Positions 36,716 to 50,608 are shown, counted from the whole stretch's first letter. The stretch is 62,153 nt of DNA, filler included, from Choristocarpus tenellus KU-1152 (GCA_964200185.2; 13 parts of 13 records of this genome joined end to end with filler, not necessarily neighbours in it); one strand, 5' to 3'. Translations and numbers: made by a program. Notes: a model not told the origin generated them from the sequence alone.

Positions 36716-37461
36716 CTGCATCAGACACATTAGGGTTGGGGTTGGGGTTGGAGTTGGGGTTAGTATGTGTGTACCCTGACGAGGTCGGATTGTTTTATTG
36801 TTGTATATATAATTGAAAAGATTGACCGGAGACTGTATATAATACATGCTCTTTAGATGATTACAAAAAGAAATGACGCCGACAGTGAGAAGAAGTAGTA
36901 GTAGTGGTAGTACTACTAGGTTTTAGATGTCATTTACAGCTTCGGCTTTCATCTGAACTCACACGGTATGCCTTCCAGTCTCTACAGTCGGATTTCTGCT
37001 TTGGACGTTACCCTTACGGTAGGAACCTTGATGTTCCGGTATTAGGGTTAGGGTTGTCTTAATATTACGGTATCATTATGGTTTTAATCTTTTGACATTA
37101 TGGTACTGCTACTGTTGTACCTACAGGCTCAAAATATCTAGGGGGGGGGGGGGGGGGGTGGCAGCCGCCTTTTTTTAAATAAAAAAAAAAATTTTCCATC
37201 ACCGGCTTTATTCCTCCNNNNNNNNNNNNNNNNNNNNNNNNNNNNNNNNNNNNNNNNNNNNTTAATTAATTAANNNNNNNNNNNNNNNNNNNNNNNNNNN
37301 NNNNNNNNNNNNNNNNNCCCCCCCAGATACTTTGAGCTGGCACAGACATTCTACCTAACTTTAAATATTACTGTTACCATGTCTGGTACATTGGCTGCTT
37401 AGGGTAGGGTTGGGAAAATTCTCAGTGACTCTAATACATGGCAAGTAAAGATAGTTCACAC

Positions 37462-39990
37462 CTGCATCTTGAAGAATACGAACCAGTAGGCTGAGATGAA
37501 AAACGTAAAAGGGAACAGATATAGCACTGAGGTATGCATGATGATCATCAATGATTGGATAATCAGCGGCCAATTCACTGTGTTGTATGATACCACCTAA
37601 GGTAGGTAAGGTCAGAAGCGAGATGGAAGGGGAGGGGGGTATAAACTGTCAAGGCAGGAACATAGGGAGGAGGAGGAGGAGGAGGAGGAGGAGGAGGAGA
37701 GTGAAGACTCTTTTTCAACAACATAACTACAATGCAAATAATCTAGGCAATGTTATACTGCAGTACTTTGTCGGCAGGGTGAGTAATATTAGAATAGCCA
37801 TATCAATAGCAAAGACATTGGGGTGCATCTTCTCTCTTACATAATGCTATAGTTTCTGTCCTTCTCTCATCCCACGCCCTTGTTCTGTTCAACCAACACT
37901 GGTCAAAACTGACAAACCCCATTCAGTCTATTCTACCAAGGAATAGCTCTCTCACCGTTGCAACAGGAGCCTCTGCACGACTAGTGCGTACATTCCAGTT
38001 CCTCATCCTCCACACGGTGGTTAGTCCGATCAATACCATCGCCACTGCAAACAATGCTCGAACTGTACCCCAGAATTCGGTCGTGTCCATCGTATAGTCC
38101 ACTTTAAATGAGACTGTGGGCGTCTGTAAAGAAGGATACGTGTCCCAGAGGGAAGGCTTGACTTCTACATATGTAACCTGTTATGATTAGAGCGAGGGAA
38201 AGGTGTGGTGGAGTGCATGTGTGGGTTATAGGGATGTGGGGGTGGGTTGGATGTGGTGGAGCGACGCACAGGTTTAGGATGGTGCTATCTTTGTTGGGCA
38301 AGATTTGTCACACCTTGTCTCACCAGGACACACTCTTCTCCATAGCTTCGGCTCTGACGAACCTAAACGGTATTTCTTTTATTTCCATTACCGTACTGAG
38401 CTCCACCCATGGCACAATGACAATTTTGTTGGCTTAGTAACTCTGTCCTATACATGAAATGTATGATAGTCAATGTGTAGATCTTACTACAAAAAAAATG
38501 CACCAACCTATCCAACAGAATACTTACGTTTGAGCTTTCTGCAAACACTTCATCCTGCATCTCCACTCTTTACCGAGAGTTCATCCCCCACCCCACCAAC
38601 CTACCCAATAATATTTCCAAGTCCCCAATTGTCTCATCTATTTCAACAACATAATTAGCCGTACCTCAAGAACTGGGGGGTAGATGGTCTCTGGGTTATC
38701 TTCCCGTATCTTAAAAGTGAGTCTCATCTGTGAGACATATCTGAGGACCTCTGGAACAAAAGCACCATTGGTGGTACCCAAGGTGGTGGTGGTGGTGGTG
38801 GATGAGGAGGAGGAGGAGGAGGAGATAAAGGACGATGTCGTCTGGCTCTGATCTGTGATACTGCAGCGAAGGCAGGTATTGATAGGTAGCATCATTTGCA
38901 AGGAGTGGTGGGATAGAGATTGGGCTGTCCACGTTAGGGAGAAACATATTTTTGGTCAATTACACGAGATAAATGGGTGTAACATATAGGGTGGGTGTAA
39001 CACAAAGTACTCTTACTAGGACTGGAAAGGGTAGGATGGATTGGTTCAGTAACCTTAGGGAATCCAACGATTTCCTGTTTGCCATGCCTGTGCGATATAC
39101 CAAAGGTTTTATTCTGCACCAGGAGAATACCCCATATCTATCATGTCCACCAAATAATGAATGAGATGACGCGCATACTGTCATCTCACTCGTATTGTGA
39201 GTATACAATTGTGAATATATTTGAATCACGTCCAGCAGAGCATAGTGATACAAAGTTATCCCATTATAGGGTTTGTCGAATCCCTCACCCTGAAACTGTG
39301 TCATAGAAGAAAAATCTTCTTGTAAATTGGTCATCCAGCTCATCACCAATCTTGACATTGACGTTTGGAGTGTCTCCATTGTCCCAATAGTTGGTATTGA
39401 GGACTGCCACTGGGTACAGGTATCCCGTAGACTGTGCCAGTTGTAGTTATTCACAAGATCAGGAGGTTGAGGGGTCAGGACAAGGATATGGATACAGTAG
39501 AAAAATCTCCTTCACATCAATCCACTGCAATCACAAAACCACTATAAAAGACTCCGTCTCTTGAACAAGTGCAGAGATATCAAGAAGGCAGCCATTTCCT
39601 CTCCTCAGTAGGTCCCTTTCGAAGTACTGAACTACAATAGCAAACCTTGATGCCCTTCTCTATCTCTTGCTCCGCATGCCCTTGCCCCTACACCCCTCAT
39701 CCCTGTGCTTTGACAAACTGCTGCTGAAAAAATGCATCCCTCGATACTACACTGGTGTCAGCAAATAATAGTATCTACCCCCTTCCACACTACCATTACA
39801 AATACTCTGCGAAATATCTCACCTTATCAACAATGTAGGGGTCGTAGAAGAAGGTTTCCTTACCCAAGAGGGAGGAAAGGTCACAAGTAAAGTCATCAGA
39901 CATGCTATGCCCAAACTTGAGATACTTGGTACTTCGACTGTCCCCACCACCCTCAGAGGTTAGGGGGGCGTTCATGCCACAGTAGTACGG
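37462..39990 (-). CDS. TMEM67: Meckelin (transition-zone protein), 5 internal exons
   Basis: In-phase GT-AG exons 39990-39823 (FGHS..FTCDL...FFYDPYI), 39431-39289 (YPVAVLN...FTRRFFFYDTVSG), 38860-38665 (VLRY...IYPPVLE), 38177-37956 (VSFKVDYTMD plus TM helix) and 37596-37462 (YWFVFFKMQ). These match meckelin motifs FYD.Y, TRR.FL.D..SG, IYPP and YW..FFK.Q in order. Confidence 0.9.
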
Positions 39991-40446
39991 CTGAGGAATT
40001 GGAGGGGTAATATACCATTGAGGTACAGGACCCACATAATTCTTGTTAGTGGCTCTAGGGTTCATGCAGTCTTGCAAGGTATGTGAGGATATCAATGCAA
40101 ACCGTTTATTTTCGACTTTTCAACAAAATGCAACTGAGTCAGTACCCGCTAAACCCATTCAGTGTGTGAGAACATACAAGGGAGTATAGGTGTAGGAACA
40201 TCACAGGCCTCGATAAAGTGGTGGGAACATTATTTTAATGGAGGGAGAGCATTAAATATTTGCACTGACTTGAATTCTATGTTACTCAACAAGACTATCC
40301 CACTTGAACAGGGAGTAGTTGGTCTAGTGGCTCTAAGTATCTGGGGNNNNNNNNNNNNNNNNNNNNNNNNNNNNNNNNNNNNNNNNNNNNTTAATTAATT
40401 AANNNNNNNNNNNNNNNNNNNNNNNNNNNNNNNNNNNNNNNNNNNN

Positions 40447-40540
40447 CTCGTTTCAAAAACGTCAAAAAAAAAAGGTTTTTTCCCCAAAACCCGCCCCCCC
40501 CCACTACTCCCCCCCCCCCCCCCCCCAGATACTTTGACCC
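40447..40540. mobile_element. MITE family B end at a contig boundary
   Basis: (C)nAGATACTTTGACCC. Similar B termini lie at contig ends 6150-6168, 34387-34417, 37126-37170, 37318-37338 and 40329-40346. Confidence 0.85.
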
Positions 40541-43500
40541 ACAGCATGTCTACGAAACTTAAGACAACCTTCCACTGGTTTGGTCATACACCATACCTGG
40601 GGGCTCTGGCCTCAACCACCTTTAGAGAGTAAATAAACGGTGATTGGAGCACACAGGCTGGGGTCTACCGAGCTTGCACCCCCCTTTAACATGGGTTTCT
40701 CAAAACCCTCTTTTATTACAGTAGCTTAGCCAGAGGGTGCGAGCCCCAGTTGAAGTACTCTAGAGTGTGACTCTGAAAGGAAAAAACAACATGTTGAATG
40801 AAAGTCGGAACTATCTTTGATAATCTCTTGCAGGGAGTAAAACTGAGGATAGCTGCTTTATCCAGGGACAAATCCTTCCTTCTGACCTTCACCCAATCCA
40901 ACAGTGTCAACGTATTTTTATCCTACGACTTGACAGTCTACTTAAAGGAATTCATCTTCTCCGGCGAAGCATGGGTGAAAGAAGAGAGGATCAAGAAGTG
41001 AACTCTAAGCAAGGAAAAAAGAATGGGAGGAGTCTGCATTGATGAACCAACAACATGCTACAAAATTGGATGAAACCATCCAATACACCCCAATAATATA
41101 CCCCCCATACGTGTATTGTGAACTGAAGTTGTTTTGTGGACTGAACTGACAATGTTTTACTGTGAAAAGGGGGGATACTTGGAGTTCATGTTCTGATTTT
41201 CTGCCCAAGACTCAAGTCTCATTCCAATAGTCAGGAAGAAACAAGAATTGGTAATGTTCTTCACAAGCTCTTTCTGGCACACACACACATGTATGAAATG
41301 AACCTTGCGCAGAATTTCACCTTCTAAGCAAATGTTTAGAAATGTATCATGGTCTAGGTAACACAACAATTGAGTGCAGGACAATAACCTTACAGAGTTT
41401 GGGAAATTGGAAGGTGAAACAAAGACCATGTCATCAGCCCAAATGAGAGGATTCAAAATCCAAACTTTGAAAACTCAACAGTGATAAAATGAGGGGCAAA
41501 GTAAATGAGAGGTACTCAGGTTTTGGTCGATTTGTACCTCAAGCCTGTTTTTTAATCTTTTGCAAATCAGCCATATTTCTATGGATGAAGTTCCAAGTTT
41601 GACTTGAGAGCATTAATTTCTCTGTTGTTTGAAGCTTTTCCAACGCAACTTAGAAAGTGTCCTCTACACATTTGTAAAAAAAGTCAAATTTTGCACAAAC
41701 TTGTCATCTTCCTGAAAATACAACTCTGGGTACCTCTAGTTTACTCTGACTCTAAAACATTTTGGACCATAACTGTCCCAAAATTGTCCCAATTGACATC
41801 ATACTGACCCAAAATGATGTCACACCAATCGGAATTGACCTGGGACGTCAGATGATGGGTTGGTTGATGCCATAACATCATCCATACCCCTGAATAGATT
41901 CCTAGTGATCGATAACAATATACTGCATGTACTACAGCTGTAAGGATGTACTTCTCAACCTCCCAATAGCCAAAGGGTCTAGCCACAGGTCGCTGCGGGG
42001 TAACCCAGGACAGCTTAGAGCGATCATTCCAAAACCTTTCACTCATTTCTCGCAAATAACACTGTTCCTGATAGATTGAGGGAAAATGGCATCCAAATTT
42101 AGTTTTATCCTTCAAAGTCCATTCTAAAATAGTAGAGTGACAGCCTAGTCTGCCGTAACAATGCACAACAAAATGACCTTCCAGTGACTTCAAAAATTAT
42201 TATATTTTTTACATTTTTTGCCACTACTAAATATGGTGTTTTCAAACAATCACCATGTACATCTTGGCGAGCTTCATCAGAAATCCGGGCTCAAAACTGC
42301 TTAAGTCAGAATAATTATAGTATAATATCCAGAAAAAAACTAATTGAACATCTTCTCTGGTTAATTTAGATCGTTTTTCCAACAACGTTTTGGTTAATGT
42401 GCATAGTATGACCAATCTTTGAGAAAAAATCAAGATGCGGCAAGTTGCCCGTGTGAATATAGTGTTGCCTACGCAACAGCAATAAAGCTATAGAAATATA
42501 TAATAGGCAGGCAGCATATTCTGACAATAATGGAGGGGTACACTACAATAGCCTCTTTTGTTCCTCAGGTGGTTTGCTCTATTACTTTTTTCAACCAAGA
42601 ACAAAACTTTCAGCACAAGTGTTAACAGACCATACATCCTGACCATTTTTGGTGAATCAGTTCAAAGAAATGTGATCAAACCCTTGTTTTGCATAGGACT
42701 AAAATACTCTGGTTGGTGGCAAAGGGGAAGATTTCAAAGATCCTGAGTTTTGTGTGAGCAGACTGGATTTGTGACATCATGATGACAATTGCTAGGGGGC
42801 ATATGATACAGGAGGGAGTAGGGAGACATGGCATGGGAGATTTATATCAAGAAGGGCACAACCCACGGGAAGAGGTTACAAATATATACACAGAATGGGT
42901 TTTCATAAGGGACAGGTGGTGATATTCTCGTGGTGAACTTACCCACACACCCTGCCTGTTGCTTAACAGAGTGGAAGGAGAGGTGGGGAGATTATACTGG
43001 CATCTTGAGCTTTTCGGAGGGGGTTCCTGTTTTTTCCCCCCTTTTTTTGGTATTCATTTTGGTGTTCTTTTCTGCTTGAGTGGTGGCGGTTTGTCACAGG
43101 GGGGATAGCTAAGGTTCTCCCCACAAAATGACTGAATGGAAAGGTCTTGAAGACAGTATATGGTGGTGGATCACAAAGTCCCAAGGCAGCAAATCACCCT
43201 CGTCAACTCAGTCAATAATAGTTTGCTATACCTGGTCAATGATGCTTCTGTGCTTAATCCGAAATGACCCAATCTGGATCCGGTGGATAGTGGACATTAG
43301 AGAATGATGCATTGTGAGGGGTATCTTTTTTCCTCTCACTGCCACTAAAAAAAAAAATCATCCAAACCACCACATTTGATTCCACAGGTTTTAGGAAAAC
43401 CAAACAAATAATATTTTTCTGTTGGTCATTTCCTCAGTTATGCATTGTCCCAACCTCGCAAACTTGAAGTGGGCGTAGACGATGATACCCCCATTTTTAA

Positions 43501-43764
43501 CTCGTGTACTACATAATAATGCTCCATCTAGTTATTATTACCAAATAAATCCATGCATAGATAGGTACGTTGAGATCCTATATTAATTCTAAACCGTATT
43601 TCTTATTGTCTGTAATATAGTATTTCATTCCTTTATAATATACACAACAGTACGCACAAAATTGATTATACCCCTTCTTTCAGCACACAAAGTAACACCA
43701 CAAGCTAACGAAGACTCTTTCTGTAATTGTACAAAATGGAACGCTTTTACCCTTTCTTGGGATC

Positions 43765-44027
43765 AAGTGAAAATATCTTAGAGGGTACGAGCTTTGCCCT
43801 GTTTGTCTGTTTGGGGCTTGGCTCCCCATGTATTCTTTTATGACATTTTCCTACTCCAAAATGTTTCGGAGTGAGTAAAATGTATACGTTATGAAAAAGG
43901 TGTATTATTTGGAACGAGTATATTGACGCCTTTTCATTAATATGATAACCAAAATTACATCAAAATCGCAGCACTGGAGTTTGGCCCCCAAATGGACGCG
44001 GCTCTACCCTCTAAGACACTTTAGCTC
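43765..44027 (+). mobile_element. MITE family A copy
   Basis: Both TIRs; flanks GATC/GATC. Confidence 0.9.
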
Positions 44028-45289
44028 GATCATTAAAATGCAACCGTGCCAACCTCCCAATTGGTTGGACTATTCGCTCAGGAATAAATGCATGAAGGGA
44101 ATCCTATCTGTAAGTAGGCGCACAAGCTCGCAGTCTAATTCAGCAGGTCTGATTCACCTTGGCTGATTTATTTTGACATCTAATAATGCGACTCAAAAAA
44201 TTGATTCAATGTTAAGGCAGGACATCGCCAGTGTATGTGACGTGATGATATGTTGTAGAATGTAAATGCTGTTGATATTATTATTTTCGAATATATAGCT
44301 TATCTTCAGACTCTTACCTCACAAAGATTGCAAGTGAAAAGGGTGTAACACAGTAGTAGTTGCGGTGCTGTCCCTAACCATGGTATGTGTTGAAATATCC
44401 CACACTGGACTCGCGGCTGTGTGCCTTGATAGAGGACTAAATGGCTTGATGTAGATAAACGATATTAATGTTACAAGGAGGCTTATGGTCTCGATTCCAC
44501 TGACTGAATTGGTGAGGGTCAGACATGCCTAGACTGCCATTACTATTCCTATAGTGTGGGGTTTGCAATCGTCCACACTAATTTACTATGAATCACTTAT
44601 TTACTTGTCTTAAGTATAGCAAGTATATCTTGAACATGACACAGAATTCAATGGACACTATGAGTCAGTACATATGATTTATGTCACTGACTCTCCATCC
44701 TATTACCTAATCCAACGGTGGTGTCTATAGTGTATCAGCAGCACTATCTACGAACATTATGTTACTATAATTTATGGGAATTAGTTCTACCACCACCATT
44801 ATACCTCGAAAGAGGTCCTTACAACCTTTCTTTCTATCCCTCTCCCATTCGTACCTTGTAAAACCAAATAATTCCTGTCCGTCAATCTATCTGTCCGTAC
44901 GTTACTAGTGTTGGCCTCGCACAGAAAGATGCAAGGAAGGATTCGTGCAACACCCCTTCCCCTCCTCCCCTCATTGCTACAACTAAAGTCATTGAGAGAC
45001 AAGAACCGATTTTATACTGAGCAAAAAGTCTTCATGGAAACGTATAGACCTTGCAAAAAAAATATTAACAGTCGTATTTCTTGTCTTTCTCCTGAGTAGA
45101 ATATTATGACTTGATTAAGCGAGGCAAAAGAGATGTGCCCTGCTTTACTTGACAACTATAGTGCCCATTGCATGTCAGTAACCATTACCTTCTACGGTGT
45201 TGTAAGATCGTTATCTCCAACTAGAATTCGGTTTTATGGAAAAATATATAGAAAAAGACTATGCTGCAACCTGTAATTCTTGCCAGTTA

Positions 45290-45520
45290 GCACCACCTAA
45301 CAATAGGGACACAAGAATAGGGAGCAATATAACCAACATGAAGAAGAGGCAAGATTTTGTCCCACAATGCCCCTGATAAAAACGCCAATTCCACATCAGA
45401 AACAGTCACCCCACCTACCTCGTTGAAAGTGCTGAGCACCTGCCACGAACCTGCTTCCTCAGTGTAGAAGAGCTGCCAGTGAACATCACCAGAGAAAGGT
45501 ATAGCCCAAAACAAATTTGT
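45290..45520 (-). pseudogene. Possible Ty1/copia RT remnant
   Basis: VSDVELAFLSGAL resembles copia DVKTAFLNG.L; single motif only. Confidence 0.35.
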
Positions 45521-46941
45521 CAACTCACACAGTTCTCATCTCAAGCAAACAAAATTTCATCACAAGAAGTCTGGATTTCCTTGTTTGTTACCACCTTGAT
45601 CTTCTCCCTGGGGTGGGGAACACAACTGGGATGGACATCTACTGTGGCCCTCACTCTGACTCCCTGCTTTTCTCATGCCACCAAGCATCCATAATGTTCA
45701 TCCTCACTATGATGACATTTATACCTGCCTGGTAGGACAGACAATTCACCAGGCAGGCAAGTCTATCCTAATTATGCAAGATCATTACGCCTTTTTCATA
45801 CCAACTTGTAGCTGCAGCCAGCAAGTTCAGTAGCTTCCACACCTAGTCATGGGGTACTTTCACTTGGAAGAGCGGTTCAAGGCTACATATTGTTGTGTCA
45901 GAATAACCAAGCCACCCAACATACGACTTCCTCATATCGATGGCACTAAAAATTTATCTAGCCTAACCAGCGCTCAGCATCCAACCTTCCCTCCTTGACA
46001 TTAGCCTAGTGCTCTCCCCAGGCATTGCACTCCAAAAATACAATGAAAATGTAAGCTCTTACCTAACCTACTTTGAAGTATGACCTATAGTGTTCTGAGT
46101 GAGCAAAAGGAAGTAATTCAAGACAACATTGATGAAATGTATCTTAATGACAAACGAGAGGCCCCTTTTCCACACTTACCTTTCAGTTTCTAAACTAATC
46201 TACTATCTAAAAAATCAAAAACAGGACCAGGTCTAACACCGCATGCACACATGTCGAAGGAACTTCAACAAGTGTGAACCAGGAGCTGGCAGACCATGCT
46301 GACCAAATCTCTTCATGCCCCAACTGTCATATTTTTGAAACATTTATTACAAACAAAATATGTGAAGATCTCTGCCATTGTGTCATCATAATAGAACCCA
46401 GACATTACTAGCGATGAAGCAACACAAGGAAAGAAGAATGCCTGAAACATTTCCCGTCAAATGCTCCAAAAAGGTCAAGAGATTGCAATGGTATGGAATG
46501 AAGAGAGGGATTCAAAACTGGGACAAGGATAGTTTGTATGTATGCATGCCCCACACACCAAATCCATTTCAACTTCAAACTGTACACAGGAGAGATGTGA
46601 CTACAGTTCTCCATGAGATGAACTTTTCCCACCCACGTCTTGGTAGGTACGACAAGCCCCCTACTTTGCCTGACACATTCATCCTGTGCCCCAAACCCAT
46701 CAACATATCCCCTTGACCACAGCAAAGAGGTAGGTCAGGCTGGTCCTTCTCCTTGTGCAGGAACTGAGTCCCTTCTCCATGAGGCTAATCCACAAAGAAT
46801 CCATCCTGCTGTAGAAATCTTGTCCAAAAGTAACATTTGATAAAATATTTTTGACACACTCAACCCACTCCCAACAATCTAAACATCAACAATGAGAAAT
46901 GCTCGCTTGTCCTCGTGGTAGCACTGGCAGGTACCCTAAAT

Positions 46942-47152
46942 TTAGTACCCAGCCTTCTTGTCCACAAGGTGCATGCCCATGACACGCCCTCCAAGGAAAG
47001 CATCCACATTCTCTGCAAAAAGACGAACACTTCGATGAAGGAAATCAGCAGTCATGTCTGCATTGTGAGGCGACAACAAAACATTGTCCAGTCCCCAAAA
47101 CTCATGCTCGGGAGGGAGAGGTTCCTCACAAAAGACATCAAGGGCAGCCCCA
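46942..47152 (-). CDS. D-isomer-specific 2-hydroxyacid dehydrogenase, terminal exon (absent from the ORF track)
   Basis: After the AG acceptor: GAALDVFCEEPLPPEHEFWGLDNVLLSPHNADMTADFLHRSVRLFAENVDAFLGGRVMGMHLVDKKAGY*, containing the classic GAALDVF..EPL...NV..SPH motif. Confidence 0.93.
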
Positions 47153-47293
47153 CTTTGGTGATAAACAAAAAAAATACAAAAGGTACGTGGGGGNNNNNNN
47201 NNNNNNNNNNNNNNNNNNNNNNNNNNNNNNNNNNNNNTTAATTAATTAANNNNNNNNNNNNNNNNNNNNNNNNNNNNNNNNNNNNNNNNNNNN

Positions 47294-47365
47294 GTCTTGC
47301 CCGGTGATTCTCTTCGCCACCCTTGCCTGAGTGAACCACGCCGCCACAGAATCACACGATTCACA
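47294..47365 (+). mobile_element. 3' end of an LTR (same family as 21065-21136)
   Basis: Near-identical to 21065-21136; ends GATTCACA. Confidence 0.8.
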
Positions 47366-47572
47366 CAGCATATCAAATGAAAGCTCTGGATCTAAGCTAT
47401 CACTGCTGATCCAAAGGAATGTTTTCGGGAAAATGGTTTAGTCGTGATAATTCATTCCGGAACACTTCCAAGGTTCCATTCCGTAAAAATTTAAACTTAC
47501 CAACATATTGTTCCGAAAAAAATCCTTTGCACCAGAGATAGCTTAGATCCTCAGCTTTAATTTGATATGCTG
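47366..47572. repeat. Fold-back inverted repeat (~207 bp, arms ~70 bp), MITE-like
   Basis: CAGCATATCAAATGAAAGCTCTGGATCTAAGCTATC...GATAGCTTAGATCCTCAGCTTTAATTTGATATGCTG. Confidence 0.85.
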
Positions 47573-48339
47573 ATTGCTGTTTAACTCGTTGACCAACCCA
47601 TTACCCCACCAGAATTCTTCCGCCCACAAAACCCAGATTACTTCATAAACTTTCCCTTCCTTTTTTGACATTTGCATTCTTTTTCCCTTTTGTACAGACG
47701 TCTTCTCCTTACCACATGAAGAGCAAATGGAATTGGCAGTGGAAGTGGAATTGGACCCACTCTTCTTTGTTTTCTAGATCTTAATTGAGTAAGTCATGAT
47801 GTGAAAGTGTACTTTCCCATATTGAACACTTTGCTTGAAACCACTGTGAAAGTTTCAAAACCCAAAAGCTTATGACAAAAAATAATCACAATCACCAAAC
47901 TGAAATCTTCCACGCGAGACTGGTCAACATCCCAACTTCAGTTGAGGAAATTTAAAACAGATCCGAAACCTTAGTGGAGAATAGACGCCACAGAAAGACT
48001 GAGCAGTATCAGAGGAGGAAAATGGATCAGTCAGAATTAGAATGAATCTTATCTTCGTTTCGACAGTCCTTCTGACTGTTACGTTTAATCTGGATCTTGT
48101 GGATATGTGTTTCGTTTTACTCACTGCTCAATATTTCCAAGTTTAATGACGTTGTTTGGTGCGTGTATCTGTTGAAGGTTGCGCGCCATATCCACAAAAT
48201 ATGTGCGTGATTGATCGTAAAAATATAGTGTTTACACAAAATGAAATACATTATGATATTTTGTCTAACGGTGATAAGAAAATCCACTAAGAAAATCAGA
48301 TTGCACAAAATGAAATTCACTATCAAAAAGAAGAAATGT

Positions 48340-48600
48340 AAAAAAGAAGAAACGCACTTTAAAGGTGACGGGCAAATTCAAACCATCTTCAGCTCGGTTA
48401 GTGAGCGCAACGTGACGAAAGAGTAGTCTACCTTGGCCCGTGTTAGCTTCCATCTATTTCGACCCTTCCCAGGACATTCCCCAGTGTATTGGGCGATGGA
48501 GGTAGGTCTTTTCCCCAGTCATGTCGACTTCTATCGCTCGCCCTGTGTCTGTGGCTGAAGCAAGTGGGGATCGAAGCACAGAAGGCTGGGGAACAGATGT
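48340..48600 (-). mobile_element. Second copy of the deleted Ty3 derivative, interrupted by the copia element
   Basis: Reverse complement aligns to 1770-2030; homology stops at the copia LTR start. Confidence 0.75.
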
Positions 48601-48920
48601 TGTCAAGATTATGCTTGACCATTTGTGAGAATATGATTTGAAGTATTATTTTTTGTACGCACAGAAGATAATGCGGGACATTTGGGATGTTTAGGCGGGG
48701 TATTTGACCGGAAGTAATCGACGAACTATTAGAGTCGGAGTGTTTCTGACGCGTACTAGAGAAAACGTTGAGTCATTTGATATTCTGAGTCATTCAATGT
48801 AAGGGCTGGTGAGCCCCACCTAGTACAGGTATCTCACTCTCTTCTTATTTGTGGTACAAGTTAATAAACAATAATATAACTAGTTGTGTGGGACAACAGA
48901 TCGTCAAGGACAGCTTAACA
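48601..48920 (+). mobile_element. 5' LTR of a Ty1/copia element
   Basis: TGTCAAG...CTTAACA inverted termini, AATAAA at ~48863, directly upstream of gag. Confidence 0.65.
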
Positions 48921-49002
48921 AGCTATAGCACCCTATTAAGCGTGCTTGCGTAGTTATTTTACTTGGATTTTAGCTATCACCAGGAAGGAGTCAAGATAAA
49001 TC

Positions 49003-50447
49003 ATGATGCCCAAATCAAGAATCGATCCAAGCCTTAACTCCATAGATGACGGAATGGATGAAATGACTATGACCCGGGAGGGGGATGTGATACATGATGG
49101 GACATCAGCTTCGCAAGGGGGCGAGGCTAGGGCTGGGGCAAATGATACGGTGGCCATGGGGGCTAGATCCGTATTCGCCCCGAAATTGAAACAGTACTCT
49201 TCGAAACAACCTGCGTTTAAGGGGGAACCAGGGACGTGGAGCAAAACGTTTCTCACGCACGCTCTCTCATCGGGATGGAGGGATGCATTAGTGACGAAAG
49301 AACATTTGAGGGTACTGTCATTGGAGTATTCCTCGGCGGGTGTGGATCCGTATCTGCACCATGCGACGACATATGCTATCAATGGACTGCAGGAGGCAAC
49401 GGCAGGACCAGCGTTGGACATTGTGCTGACGTACGAGTCACCGAGTGAGGCATTTGCCGCACTGATGAAGAACTATGCACATTCAGGCCAGACTGAGAGA
49501 AATCTGGTGAAGAGGCAACTTATGGACATGGTACTAGAACCTGGAGGAGATCCTGCGACCATCATTAACCGGCAGGAGGCTCTCATAATGGAGTTGAAGA
49601 GCTTGGGAGGTATCGTCTCAGAGGAAGATCGAGTGGAGTGGCTTCAAAATTTACTCGTCAAGGAATATCTGGACATCATGTCACAGATTGATGACGAAGA
49701 TTCGGTGGAAGGAAGGAATAAGTTGGAACGATTGGTCTTAAAAAGATATAGACTGCAATCCATCCAAAGAGGATCGGATTCGGCGGGGGTGAGAGCTGGC
49801 GCACTGGTAGCGGGACGTCAATCCAGACGAAATGGTGGACAACTCAGCTGCTGGGAATGTGGTGGACCTCACTTTCGGTCTAAGTATCCTCTCATCAAGA
49901 ATCAGAAGGCGAGGGATGGGGGTATTACATGTTTTGTATGCGGTGAGAAGGGATATCAAAGCTTCGAATGTCCACAAAGAAAATTGGGAGCGTCAAGGGG
50001 TCAGGAATCTTCGAACACCCAGAAGAAGAAGAATCTGATGGGGGGGAATGGTTCTAAGAATAAGGGAAGCGGATCAAAGTTCGATAGATCTGGCGATGTA
50101 CAACCGAGGCTGGCGGGATTTTCGGTAACCAATCAAGTGAGTTATCTTGCTACTGAGGTAAAATCACTTCCTTTCAAGAGGCCATCATGGGTTGAGGTTT
50201 GGATTTGGGATAATGGCAACACACATAATTTTACGACGACCAATAAGAATATGTTTAATTGGGAATCTTGTGTTGGTACTGTTGAAGTTGGCGGTGGTGG
50301 AACACATAACATTGTGGGCAAGGGGGACATCCAATTGGAATGTGTTCTGAGTGGTAAACTGGAAACTGTTGTGTTTACAAATAACAGAGGATTTTCAAAA
50401 TTGGGGATGGAGCGGGACTACGAGGATGGTTGTTTTGCGAAAACGGT
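49003..50447 (+). mobile_element. Ty1/copia Gag-protease ORF (truncated by contig end)
   Basis: About 480 aa open; UBN2-like helical Gag, two degenerate zinc knuckles (CWECGGPH, CFVCGEKGYQSFEC), protease-like WIWDNGNTHNF...GKGDI. Confidence 0.9.
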
Positions 50448-50547
50448 NNNNNNNNNNNNNNNNNNNNNNNNNNNNNNNNNNNNNNNNNNNNTTAATTAAT
50501 TAANNNNNNNNNNNNNNNNNNNNNNNNNNNNNNNNNNNNNNNNNNNN

Positions 50548-50608
50548 CACAACATTGTATTTTGATCCCCAAATGGACGCGGCTCTACCCTCTAAGATAC
50601 TTTGGCTC
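50548..50608 (+). mobile_element. MITE family A, 3' partial copy
   Basis: CCCCAAATGGAC...AGATACTTTGGCTC. Confidence 0.88.

Noticed and set aside
38960-39454. 164-aa ORF as a protein
   Set aside because: Wrong frame; the real meckelin exon (39431-39289) is in another frame.
27338-47152. Gene cluster (kinesin, BTB, meckelin, dehydrogenase)
   Set aside because: Each gene is on a separate contig; the adjacency is artificial.
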